64,000 bases of DNA, taken from the NCBI GenBank assembly GCA_024704765.1, contig JAKMXF010000365.1:62001-126000 (forward strand), in the 5' to 3' direction. The position numbers and the translations under genes are program-made. Below, piece after piece: positions 1 through 11,751 of the stretch. The notes beneath the pieces were generated by a model. It did not search any database and had not been told where the DNA came from. It saw nothing but the letters and a program-made list of their open reading frames with translations. This DNA comes from Oopsacas minuta. Lineage: Eukaryota > Animalia > Porifera. How positions within the stretch are numbered: the stretch's first letter is position 1; every line of letters begins with the position of its first letter.

Positions 1-154
1 AAGCAAGTATAGATCTCACCTCTGAGAAGAAAAGGTCCTCTAGACAATTGAGACAACAGACACAAGAATCTACGGTTAGTTCCTGTTAATATTTGAGGTG
101 ATAGGTATTTATTTATTCTATTTATAGCGACAGAGTAAGGTACAAGAGAAATAA
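1..154 (+). CDS. 3' end of an unidentified multi-exon gene (last two exons, partial)
   Basis: Open frame ASIDLTSEKKRSSRQLRQQTQEST ends at a GTTAGT donor (75); the AG acceptor at 126-127 continues in frame RQSKVQEK* to 154. No family recognised. Confidence 0.45.
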
Positions 155-701
155 CAGCTGTGAATAAACAATCAGATTCTGTAGATTTATTGTTTATTGT
201 TTTGTTGTTGTTAAGCATTTTTATGATCACAAATATTTTAAATCATTACATACACACACACACATGAAGTCTTTGATTGTAATTATTGTTTGTTTGTTTA
301 TATGTTGTTATTGTTAAGATGTATACATTTCGAAATTAATGTATATTTGTTTGATATCCTAAAGGTGTGAAAATCTCACGTAGACATAAACAACAAATCA
401 TACTCGCTAGCTGCTGTAGTATAGATAGCTATTAATATTCACCCATATCAAGTTTTAAAATATTTGTAATATATTGATGGGTAGCTTGTATTATCACAGC
501 CCCACCGGTTATTCAATCAATTCGTTCGTTAAAACGATAATTTTTTGCTTGGCTTCCTGTTAGGAGGCTTTATAACTACCAGAGGTGTATTGGAATTTGT
601 AATAACGGACACTTATTGTGTGGCTAAACGACTTGCTTTCTTCTTATATCTGGCAAAAAATCAGTTGAGTAGAATATAATAGATTCGGTTAATGAGCTAG
701 A

Positions 702-1034
702 GTTCTTATACTCGGCATGCTCTTATAACCGGTGTTCGTATACCCGGCATGCTCTTATACCCGGCATGCTCTTATAACCGGTGTTCTTATACCCGGCATG
801 CTCTTATAACCGGTGTTCGTATACCCGGCATGCTCTTATAACCGGTGTTCGTATACTCGGCATGCTCTTATAACCGGTGTTCGTATACTCGGCATGCTCT
901 TATAACCGGTGTTCTTATACCCGGCATGCTCTTATAACCGGTGTTCTTATACTCGGCATGCTCTTATAACCGGTGTTCTTATACTCGGCATGCTCTTATA
1001 ACCGGTGTTCTTATACTCGGCATGCTCTTATAAC
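702..1034. repeat. 32-bp minisatellite, about 10 copies
   Basis: Unit ATACYCGGCATGCTCTTATAACCGGTGTTCKT repeated head-to-tail, made of related 17-bp and 15-bp halves; no spacers. Confidence 0.95.
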
Positions 1035-1457
1035 AGGCATCTAGTGTATGACTATCTGCTTGGTTCTGTTTCTGGACAAATGTCCCGATTAATCAGACCA
1101 TCACCATTTTAACATAATATTTATAATAGCTGTTTCCCTAACACAAAACACTATAATAATTACATTTGCATATTATTAATCATATATTTGATAGAAATGA
1201 GCACAAGTACTATCTCCTTACGGATTACTTTCAGGTGCAGGTGTACAGAATAAGACTTTCGTATCCGTTTAATTGCCGTATCAGTCCTACCCATATTTCT
1301 AACTAAATATAGTAGTATTTTCCAAACACAATCTTTTGAGCTAATTTGCTACAGCAAATTAATAATATTTTACCAGCAACACCTCCTTCATATTGTTGAC
1401 ACATTTTGTATACTTTTATATCAACAAATTTATATAAATACGATTAATTATTTTGAA

Positions 1458-1799
1458 ATGGTGTCAGAGTCCTCAATGGCTGAAAATTATTCAAATATTG
1501 TGCCAAATTCCAAATATCCATTTTATTCAGAGGAACAAATTCATGATCTCCCATTCAAGGATCTCATAGCTGGACTCAGGTCCCTAGCAACCGTGGAAGA
1601 GATCGGAATGATTAAAAATATTCGTAAAATCAACAAAAAGAAATTATGGAAAAGAAACAGAGACAAAAATGAGAAATTCGAGGTTATAGATTTGGAGGCA
1701 ATTTTGGAAATTCTTAGAATTGAGAAAAATACTCTAATTTGTTTCCGAACTTGTTTATTAAAAGAGATAAGTGAACTCCAATCCCTAATTAATAGTTAG
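1458..1799 (+). CDS. Small divergent CNC/Maf-like bZIP protein (113 aa, intronless)
   Basis: PFYSEEQIHDLP..IKNIRK..K.....VIDLEAILEILRIEKNTL aligns by eye with the CNC (Nrf2-type) segment PFSVEKIINLP..IRDIRRRGKNK..IVELEQDLDHLKDEKEKL; leucine heptads follow. Confidence 0.6.
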   Translation: MVSESSMAENYSNIVPNSKYPFYSEEQIHDLPFKDLIAGLRSLATVEEIGMIKNIRKINKKKLWKRNRDKNEKFEVIDLEAILEILRIEKNTLICFRTCLLKEISELQSLINS

Positions 1800-1800
1800 T

Positions 1801-1866
<66 letters not shown>
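1801..1866. repeat. (TTG)n microsatellite
   Basis: About 21 perfect TTG units just after the bZIP stop codon. Confidence 0.95.
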
Positions 1867-1869
<3 letters not shown>

Positions 1870-2043
1870 CACATGCTTCACACATATCATGCATCCATCG
1901 CTCTATTTGTTTACCACACGTAATGTAATTAACACTTCATTGTTGTCACCAACAATATTAATATTTGTATCAGCTATTATTCTTGCATATTTTTGTTTAC
2001 TTGAATGTTTGTTGTTTATTGACATAAATTAGCAAATTAAGAA

Positions 2044-2869
2044 ATGCCATTCGGGAAAAAGAAAAAAGCTCCAGCTGGTTAGTTATGTGTTACAACCAAT
2101 AATTTTGAGAGTTTTGTTTACTTAAATAGAAGTGTCTTGTTGTTGTTTATTAAATTTAACAATATTTTGCACCCTTGGGGAGGTAAACAAACAGGAGAGA
2201 GGGGTACAAGTGGATTAATTATAACACCTATCTGAGTGTCAATTAGAGTATAATATTTATTTCTTAATATTATAATGTTTACGCGCGTATTATCATGTTT
2301 ATTTGTTGTTTACTTGTTGTTGTTACCAGGGGGATCCAGTTATCCAAAACAAGCCTCCTATCCAACACAAGCCCCTCTGTACCCACAACAAGCAGAGGTA
2401 CACATGTTACAATAAATATTCATTTGTCATTTATTATTATTATTATTAGGCGCCACCTCCATATCTGCCCCCAGGACAGTACCCCCCTCCCCCTACTCAA
2501 CAGTATGCACCCCAAGCCCCTGGTTACCCGGCAAGCTATCAGGTATGTATAGCATAATATCTATAATTAGTAACAATTATTATTTAATTATATATAGCCT
2601 CCTGTACCTGTTGGACAGTTTGAGGCAGGAGCCAGATTCAAACCAGGAGAGAGTGTATCTGTTCCTGTAAGTTAAAATAAAATTTATCAATAATTCCCGC
2701 CTAATATTTGGTGATTAATTGATCCTCTATTTAGCCCCCTCCCCCAGGGGTAGCTCCTACTATGGTCCAGATGCAAGCAGCTCAAGGAGTACCTGTCCAA
2801 GTCCAGCAGAAGAGCAGTAACTTGTTCAGTGGAGGAGGCGATGGGGGCATAAACTTTGAACTCAATTGA
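2044..2869 (+). CDS. DAZAP2: DAZ-associated protein 2 homolog (5 exons, Pro-rich)
   Basis: Spliced product includes APPPY, FEAGARF, PPPPGVAP, QAAQGVPVQVQQKSSNLFSGGGDGG, matching the DAZAP2 C-terminus (YDAGARF..PPPPG..QG.NV.VTQRKGNFFMGGSDGG). GT-AG introns. Confidence 0.85.
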
Positions 2870-3073
2870 GACCCCTTTCTGAAAATTTTATTATTTGATT
2901 GTTGTTTTTGTTTTGTTAGGCTCTAATTGGATAATTGGTTCCTATATTTATTATTACTCATTACTCTATGAATGTTTTATTTGTATTTGAAACGTTCATA
3001 ATTATCACCTCCAGCCTTTATACACACATTCTAACACCTTATTCCTTTATATGATACCAAAAAGGTTAATCCT

Positions 3074-3372
3074 CTCGCACTAATATTCTATTTCCCGCAC
3101 TAATATTCTATTTCTCGCACTAATATTCTATTTCTCGCACTAATATTCTATTACCCGCACTAATATTCTATTACCCGCACTAATATTCTATTTCCCGCAC
3201 TAATATTCTATTTCTCGCACTAATATTCTATTTCTCGCACTAATATTCTATTTCTCGCACTAATATTCTATTTCCCGCACTAATATTCTATTTCCCGCAC
3301 TAATATTCTATTTCTCGCACTAATATTCTATTTCTCGCACTAATATTCTATTTCCCGCACTAATATTCTATT
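3074..3372. repeat. 20-bp minisatellite, 15 copies
   Basis: Unit CGCACTAATATTCTATTTC[T/C] in tandem, between the 3' ends of DAZAP2 and the sorting nexin. Confidence 0.95.
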
Positions 3373-3534
3373 TTCTGCAAAATTGATAATTAATTATTTG
3401 TCATAGAATTGTTTACAAATGAAAATAACATATTTGTTGTAATAAATGAAAGAAAAACAGAATTCACACAAAAATAAATGAGGGACTATTGAGCTATTTA
3501 TACGTGTCTGTGTGTGAGAGGTGCATTTCATTGG

Positions 3535-6500
3535 TCAGGTAGCCTCCTGCTCTTCATATATAAATTCTATAGACCTATTTCCTATCTCTATGGGACTTTC
3601 CAGTAAAAGTTTCATAGCATACCATTTGCTCTGTTGCTAGGGAAAGTATAAAGTATGTGATTAGCTATTTATCAATTTCAAAGATTTAGTAAATACTGCA
3701 AAATTTGGCAGGTAGGTGTCAAGTGGCATAGCTTATCTCTGAGGAGAGGTGACGAAATGTATTGATTAATCATATTTGAGAATATACCAGTATATGTTAT
3801 AAAAAGGTGTTACTTTATATATATATAAATTTCTAATTACCTTTTGCATTAGCTCATGTTGTGTATTAACAAAATCAATAAGAATATTCTTCAAATCTTT
3901 TTCCTTCAAATAATCAAAATGTATTAATTCCTCAGCTAAATTGTTACACATATTCTCGAGCTCTTCTCTAGCACTCCTGCATTGACTGTTTGCCTGTAAA
4001 CAATGATTGAAAAGTGTCACAAAAGTGGCATAGTTTGTCAGATTAAAATAGTACACCGAGGTGCAAATCTACAGGTCACAATGAACCCTCGGAAAATTTT
4101 CAGCTCTTAATCATAAACGGTGTGGACTGTACAGGGAACACGGAAAATTATGGACCATGGATAACAAGTTATAACAAATTCCCTGATCTCTACTATCCAT
4201 GGTCCATTAGTATGTATATTACCTCTGCCCATTTTTGGCTTAAGCTAGAATTAGCATAAGCTACAGAAGGGGATTGTACTCCGTTATTAGAGCTGGCCCC
4301 AGACTCAGACAATCCTGAGTCATCAAACACACTCAGGTCCTCATTAGAGTCTGTGAGACTATAACAAATAGGTGTAGTATCTCCATGGTTACTGGGTGTG
4401 TAACTGGAATGTTGGTAGTTGGCATTTTCACAGTTTTGTACTTCTTCTTCCCAGAATAGATATTTATCCATACTCTGCTCTATCCTCTCTAATAAACCCT
4501 AGATACAACATCTATAATATCATAGTATATATGTATACATTAATTGTCTTCAGGGGATCATCTGGTACCCCAAGGATCACATATGTACCTATGGGTTCGC
4601 TGGATTAATCATATGAATATATAGGTGTTAATACTATACCTTAGCTGAAGTTATATATTGTATAGTGCTTTGTAGATTTTGTACAAAAGTCCAATCTTCG
4701 ATACTATCCTCTCCCTACAAGATGACGTCATATCCATTACAGAGGTGTCAAAATATTAATATCTAGAATTTCATTACCTCTTGGTTATTCATAGATTTGA
4801 ATATTTTAGAAATATCTTTAATCACAACCTATAATACGAATTCATTGGTCAATTCATATCCACACTTAAATATGTATATTTTGTCACCTTAGTGTATGTG
4901 TCTCTAGGCTCGTTAGCACTCACAGCCTCCAGCCACTTCCCAGCGCCACCTGTATGTGTATGTAAATAGAATACAATAGCAGCTGTTAGTAGTATAAATT
5001 TACCATAATTGAGTTTACGTATTTCTTGGAAGTGATTGAGTAATCCTAACAGATTTCCTTCTAAGCTCTGTAAATAATTCTACAAAAAATATGAATAATC
5101 ACTCTGAGGTGTTATTCATCTTGTTAAATGGGGAGAGGGGTACCTTAGTGTCCGCTAGAGAGGTCTCCTGATCCCCTGCTCGGGTCTGGGGTCTGTACTC
5201 CGGAGGAGTAGAGATCAGTTCTGATCGGCTCTGTCGATAAGAAATTCTTGATAGCCTTATTTTCTAAATTATTAATTTATATAACCAGCAGCTGATTGAA
5301 AGGTGTGAAAATGTTAGCTTTGGGCCATGGGTACCTCAGGGGGACATGTCTACACCCCTAAAGTACCCATGGCCCAAATTTCAGGTCAATCGGACATATT
5401 TATAAGTGTGAATTAATCATATGATGAATACCTCATTAGATCCGAACAGAAATGTGTATAATACAGGATGTGTCCTGAGATTCTAAAAATACATATTAAT
5501 AATTACTATAATATCTATTTATAGTAACATACTTACAATATGAGATGAGAGTCTGTTTAAGAACCTCTGGAATTCTGTTATTGTCTCTACAAATAATTAT
5601 ATACATAACAATAATCAGCTGTTTATTGTTATTAATATGAACTAACCGTATAATGATATATGATGTTGTAGAGGTGGAATTATTCGTTCTGGACAAACAG
5701 CCTATTAATACACATTCCTCAAGGTAACCATGGTAATCATTAAAAATGTAATAACCTGTATAGCAGAGTGTAACCAGTAGAAGTCTCCATGAGACCTGTA
5801 TACTTCTACACAGCTGTGTTTATTATCTGATAACTTCATCTGTAAATATTAAAGAAATTGTAAGAGGTAGGAATTTGAATTTTGGCAGATAAGTGTCAAA
5901 TAGTGTAACTTATAACTGATACAAATATCTAATCGGGACCTTTTAAATTGAGTAAGATAGGTGATGAAACGTATTGACCTATCATATTCCATGGGTAACA
6001 AATACGTAGTGGTTTATATACACATGTTAACACCAATCTGAGCCTGTAACCTGATTGGTCATGAGTTATACACATACCTTGGTTATGACTTTGAATGGAG
6101 CGGTCTCACCAGATAGAGGATTAGATCTTGTTAGTGTTATAGCAAGGGAGTTATCCTGACGGGTAATATCCTCTATCCTACAAATATATACGTGCTAATT
6201 ATTGTAACTATGAATTCTGGAGGTTAAAGGTCCCCTACCCCCCCCCCCTCTCTTATGATCCCCTATACCTCTGTGTCTATATTAGTATAGGTATTATTAT
6301 TATTGTTGTTGTTATTGACACTTATTTTAATTTATTTACCATTTAGAAATGTCTGCCTCTTTTATTGGAGAAGATGTTGAGCATCTCTTAGAATGACTAT
6401 CCATATTTTCAAATCTAACAACAAATATATCATCAAACAAACAAACAAATAAACAAACAAACAAACAAATGAACAAATGAACAAACAAATAAACAAACAA

Positions 6501-7336
6501 ATAAACAAACAATCAAGCAAACAAACAATCAAGCAAACAAACAATCAAACAAACAAACAAATGAACAAATGAACAAACAAACAAACAAACAAACAAATGA
6601 ACAAATGAACAATCAAGCAGACAAATAATCAAGCAAACAAGCAAACAAACAATCAAACAAACAAACAAACAAACAAACAAACAAACAAACAAACAAACAA
6701 ACAAATGAACAAATGAACAATCAAGCAGACAAATAATCAAGCAAACAAGCAGACAAACAATCAAACAAACAAACAAACAAACAAACAAACAAACAAACAA
6801 ACAAACAATAACTCACTCAACAACTTCACCACATAGTTTGCAACTTATCGTTTCTAAGGAATCTCTATCGTTACTAACTGACAGCTAAGAAATGTAAATA
6901 ATAATTAGTAAGCAACAATCTTATTGTTATTTACCTTATGTAAAGAGAATGAAGTGTTGTCAACCTCTTTCTCTATATTTTCCTAATAAACACAAACAAG
7001 AATATATAATAATGATCCCCTAGGAGTCCAAAATGATACTCTTGGGGTCGATTAACTCACCATAACTTCCTCATTATTCAAATCAATTCCTTTATTCTCT
7101 AAAACTTCCGTCAAAGCTTCCAACTTCCTTACAGAATCACATAATTCGTATTTTGCCTAAACCAACGAAATATACATAACTATGGTACATCCTGTGGTTG
7201 CTCGGGACCCGAGGGTATACGTGGTCCCATTATGAGGGGAACCAATATTTACCTGTGCTAAATCTTCATTTAATCTAAGTATAGCAATCTTGCTGTCACT
7301 CAGCTGATTGAGGGCTTCTTCATAGCTACACGACAT
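3535..7336 (-). CDS. PX-BAR sorting nexin with N-terminal coiled-coil extension (multi-exon)
   Basis: Spliced exons give PX motifs (VYRSHGDFYWLHSAIQ, CPERIIPPL, FQRFLNRLSSHI-NLRTHPVLYTFL) and a BAR-type C-terminus (ELIHFDYLKEKDLKNILIDFVNTQ, like SNX4/7/30). ATG at 7336 (MSCSYEEALNQL), TGA at 3535. Confidence 0.75.
4150..4207. mobile_element. Short CCATGG-cored inverted-repeat element (MITE-like); relatives at 5319-5378, 14441-14570, 15804-15921
   Basis: Terminal inverted repeats: ATGGACCATGGATA (14 bp) here, TTTGGGCCATGGGTAC at 5319, AATATGGACCATGG at 14441, TTAGTTATCTAACCATGGATGG (22 bp) at 15804. Confidence 0.6.
6425..6810. repeat. Compound (AAAC)n microsatellite in a sorting nexin intron
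   Basis: AAAC/AATC/AATG variant array; source of the spurious FVCL-repeat ORFs. Confidence 0.95.
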
Positions 7337-7522
7337 ATTACGTCATATATATGGTTGTCATGGTGATGAACAAATATTCAAGTCTATATATCACTTATAG
7401 TAAATCCGCGTATGTGATTGGTTGAATGAATAAACTTCATTTCTTGGAGATTTGTGAATATTTTTGTTAGATTTTTATTTACAAATAATTTTGCTATAGC
7501 CACTGTATCTATAAACAGCTAC

Positions 7523-8779
7523 ATGTCATCACACGAGAGATTCTCCAGCTCAGCCCTGGACCACAGACTCAGAGACTTAACAAACTCCCAACACAGCATC
7601 GAAGCCCTCTCTGTATGGGTGGTTAAACATAGGAAACATGCTAGAACAGCTGTTGAAATATGGTTAAAGGAGATCTGTAAGGCTCGACCCTCAAGAAAAT
7701 TAACTCTATTATTTTTGAGTAATGATATTGTACAGAATTCTAGGAAGAAAGGCACAGAGCTTAACAGAGAGTTCACTAAGGTTATGTATAAAGCTTTACA
7801 GATATCTTATAAGGAAGAGGATCTGCAGCTAACTCAGGGTAGTTATGGTCTCTAGGGGGCAAATGGTCCAATTAGAGAGCCAACTTGGTGTATACATACG
7901 ACAGCAGGGGTCCACAAATGTGTTGAAATTGGTACCTCTGTATTAGATAACATGGCCATATAAGGAAGTAAATAGTTCGAGAATTTTCTTTGAATTAATA
8001 TATTTACTTATTTCTAACTTAACAGGAATTCAACGTTTGGTATCGATATGGGAAGAGAGGTCTACCTTTCCCTCCGATCTCCTACAGAGGTTCAGGTCCT
8101 TGGACAGTCAGTACGCTAAACTAGCCAAGGATCATCCCCCTGCCCCACAGGACACAGGAAGGGGTCTAGATGCCCTCAGACCTACCCGTGAGGCTCCAGA
8201 ATATTCAGAATTAATTTCTGCCCTCCACTCCTCAGAGCATCAGCCCTCTGGTGATGTAAAGTTAGTTCTCATTGTTTTAATAATTAGGTGTTATAATATG
8301 ATTAATCATTTGTAGTACACAGCAGGAGATCAGTAACCTAGTGTCAGTATTCCAGGATAGTCCGGTACTAGCTGAGGTAGGGGATCGGGAAGAGATAGAA
8401 CTTCTGTTGATTAGATTTGATCATACAGCTACACTTATTAAGTCTTATACACAGCAGTTACAGAGAGTAGGTTTATACCTGTTTGTTTGTTTGTTTGTAT
8501 ACTTGTATGTTTGTTGTTTATTAGTTTGTTTACATTATTTAGGAACTCGAGGAGAAACAACAACTCCAAGAAATGCTAATAGCATTCTTATCCACCCAAA
8601 AATTACAATCCGATCACGCTATAGAGAAATTACAAGAACAACAATCTAGACTCGATCACGTATCCATAGTCCATGAAGAATTAGTTTCACATATAGCTAA
8701 TCTCCCAGACCTATCTTTACCCGCTTATAAATCAGGATTAGACCCTCTGCCCTCTGTAGGGGACCTGTTCCAGAACTAA
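7523..8779 (+). CDS. RPRD1B: Regulation of nuclear pre-mRNA domain protein (RPRD1A/B, CID domain), multi-exon
   Basis: N-terminal CID: FSSSALDHRLRDLTNSQHSIEALSVW..KLTLLFLSNDIVQNSRKKG; C-terminus HIANLPDLSLPAY...LPSVGDLF matches RPRD1. The A or B paralog cannot be distinguished. Confidence 0.85.
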
Positions 8780-9249
8780 TTAGGTGTTATAGTTTCATAA
8801 TCCCTTGATGTATATTGTAATGAAATAATTAAATTTGGAGTGTTTGAAACTTGTCAAAAAGTGGCAGTTATTGACAGGTGGGAGGGGTGAGTACACAACT
8901 AAAATGTAAACAAATCAGTTCAAGTCCAGCTGTGTGTATATCTGATTACATAGCTACAAGTAAGCCCTTTGGGAATGTGTATTTATTATACGTAGACCAG
9001 GTATATAATTCTGTAGGTGTAATTTATATCAATTCTTCCCATTTTATGCAATGTCGTCATTTTAAAATTGGTTATGACACAATTACGACACAATTATGAC
9101 ACAATTACTAATTAAATTACCGAATAAGAATACTGCGATTTAATTGGTTAATAATTTTTAATCTAATTAGTGAATAAACGTTCAAATCTGATTGGATAGG
9201 AACATTTGTCACCTTTTCTCAAATAGCTGAGAATATTTTCTAATAATAT

Positions 9250-9549
9250 ATATTTTCCAGAGAGGGTATCAACCATTGCTTGCCTTTTGGTATCAGTTTC
9301 GAAGCCCTCCGACCTCTGGTTCATACTGAACATTCCATTTATACAACTACGTAACTAAGGATAATATGATATACGTATGACAATAGGTTACATTACTAAT
9401 GTCTCCTTAAGCAAATTATCCGTATTTCTTAGGTCAGTGTATTATACACACAAACACATTGTTATGTCATATGATAATTGAATTGTTAATGGCTATTAAG
9501 TGAAAATAGACACATATCTATGTGCGTATTCGTTGCTATGGTGATTTCG

Positions 9550-9583
<34 letters not shown>

Positions 9584-10660
9584 TACCTAGCTTGTACTCC
9601 TCTCTTCTCTCTGATAGATTGTTCCAATTCTTCGAATAATTTTATCTTTTCTTCCTGTAGCTATAAATGGAATGTGATTATATTTTGTCACCTGTAAACC
9701 CTCTAATATGATAGTTTATAATATAATCAGCACTTTCTTAGGTGTGAAAATGTGAATATACACCAATAAGCAAATTTTAAGTTTGTAGCTCTTGCCATTT
9801 CCTCAATTTATTCGAGCAAAATTAGTTTGAAAGTCAAAGTTTGTATTTTTGGCCTAGCAACAGGAAATGGCGGTTGGTATGTGCTCCCATTTGACAGTTT
9901 ATGCTTGCTATATACAGCTGATCCTTATTGGTCTATTACAGACAGTATAAACGTATATTCACATATTATCACCTACTTGGATGATAGTTCTTTCCATCTG
10001 TGATTCTTCCATTATTAGTTTCAATAATTCACTTATCTAAGGTGTATTTATATTCTGCTAAGTTGTCAGGTTATAGAACTGGAACTATGGATATTATGGC
10101 GCCTATAATTATATACAGACAGTAGCCCGCCTAAATCCTACCACCACCTGAGAATTACTGCCACTTATGGCATATATAAAGTGTCCTTTGTCGATATTTA
10201 ATATAATTAATTATTGACACCTTGTGGTGCTACTTGTTATGCAAATATGAACTGACACCTTTGTAAATGGCATAATTTGGTATTTCTACATATAGGAACT
10301 ATACAATAATTAGTTCCTATTGGATATATTTGTGTTTTTATCGTATAACCTCATAACTGATATTATAGTTAGAAAACTTTAGAATTCTGTATGTGGTTAT
10401 TCAGGTGGAATAGTAGAGATTAAGAATGTGGTCAGTGGCTGAATGGCAGCAATCGGAGATATTCTCACAGCTTAATAGTGTCCTTATGGTATGAACTAGT
10501 AACATAATTACCAAACACCCCTGACAATAATTCGGCAGATTTCTAAAGTGTATAACTGGAATTTTCCTTATAAAACCCTCTTGGATAATACAGGTACTCC
10601 GTGGAGGTTTTGGCAAGTAATCAGTCCTCATAGGGAGCTGAGACTGGTACCAAATCAACC
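9250..10660 (-). CDS. Possible multi-exon gene of unknown function (only fragments assembled)
   Basis: Short open segments with AG/GT ends on the minus strand: ISELLKLIMEESQMERTIIQV (~9975-10038), LQEEKIKLFEELEQSIREKRGVQA (~9588-9660), and the ORF at 10401-10658. No full model built. Confidence 0.35.
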
Positions 10661-10761
10661 AGAAAATATTGACACCTCTGAGAGAAAGGGTGATAAATAT
10701 TCTATCTAATCAGTACCCTCATGTATATCCTGATATTCTATTATTAGCAAATTAGCATAAT

Positions 10762-11628
<867 letters not shown>

Positions 11629-11751
11629 TATAGTTCTTGTTTGTTTGTTTACTTGTTTAGATGTTTTAGAATATTAGAAAGTGTTTGTTATTTATTCTAT
11701 CGAATTTGTTAGTAAGTAAACTATAATAATCACTAATACCATGGTAGCATA

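Noticed and set aside
1802-2032. Poly-Leu ORF
   Set aside because: Translation of the (TTG)n microsatellite from a non-ATG start.
702-3372. 32-bp and 20-bp repeat arrays as possible CRISPR arrays
   Set aside because: Units are directly adjacent with no unique spacers, no cas genes are present, and the context is eukaryotic.
6362-6800. FVCL-repeat ORFs (also 40469-40684 and 63386-63610)
   Set aside because: Translations of intronic (AAAC)n microsatellites.
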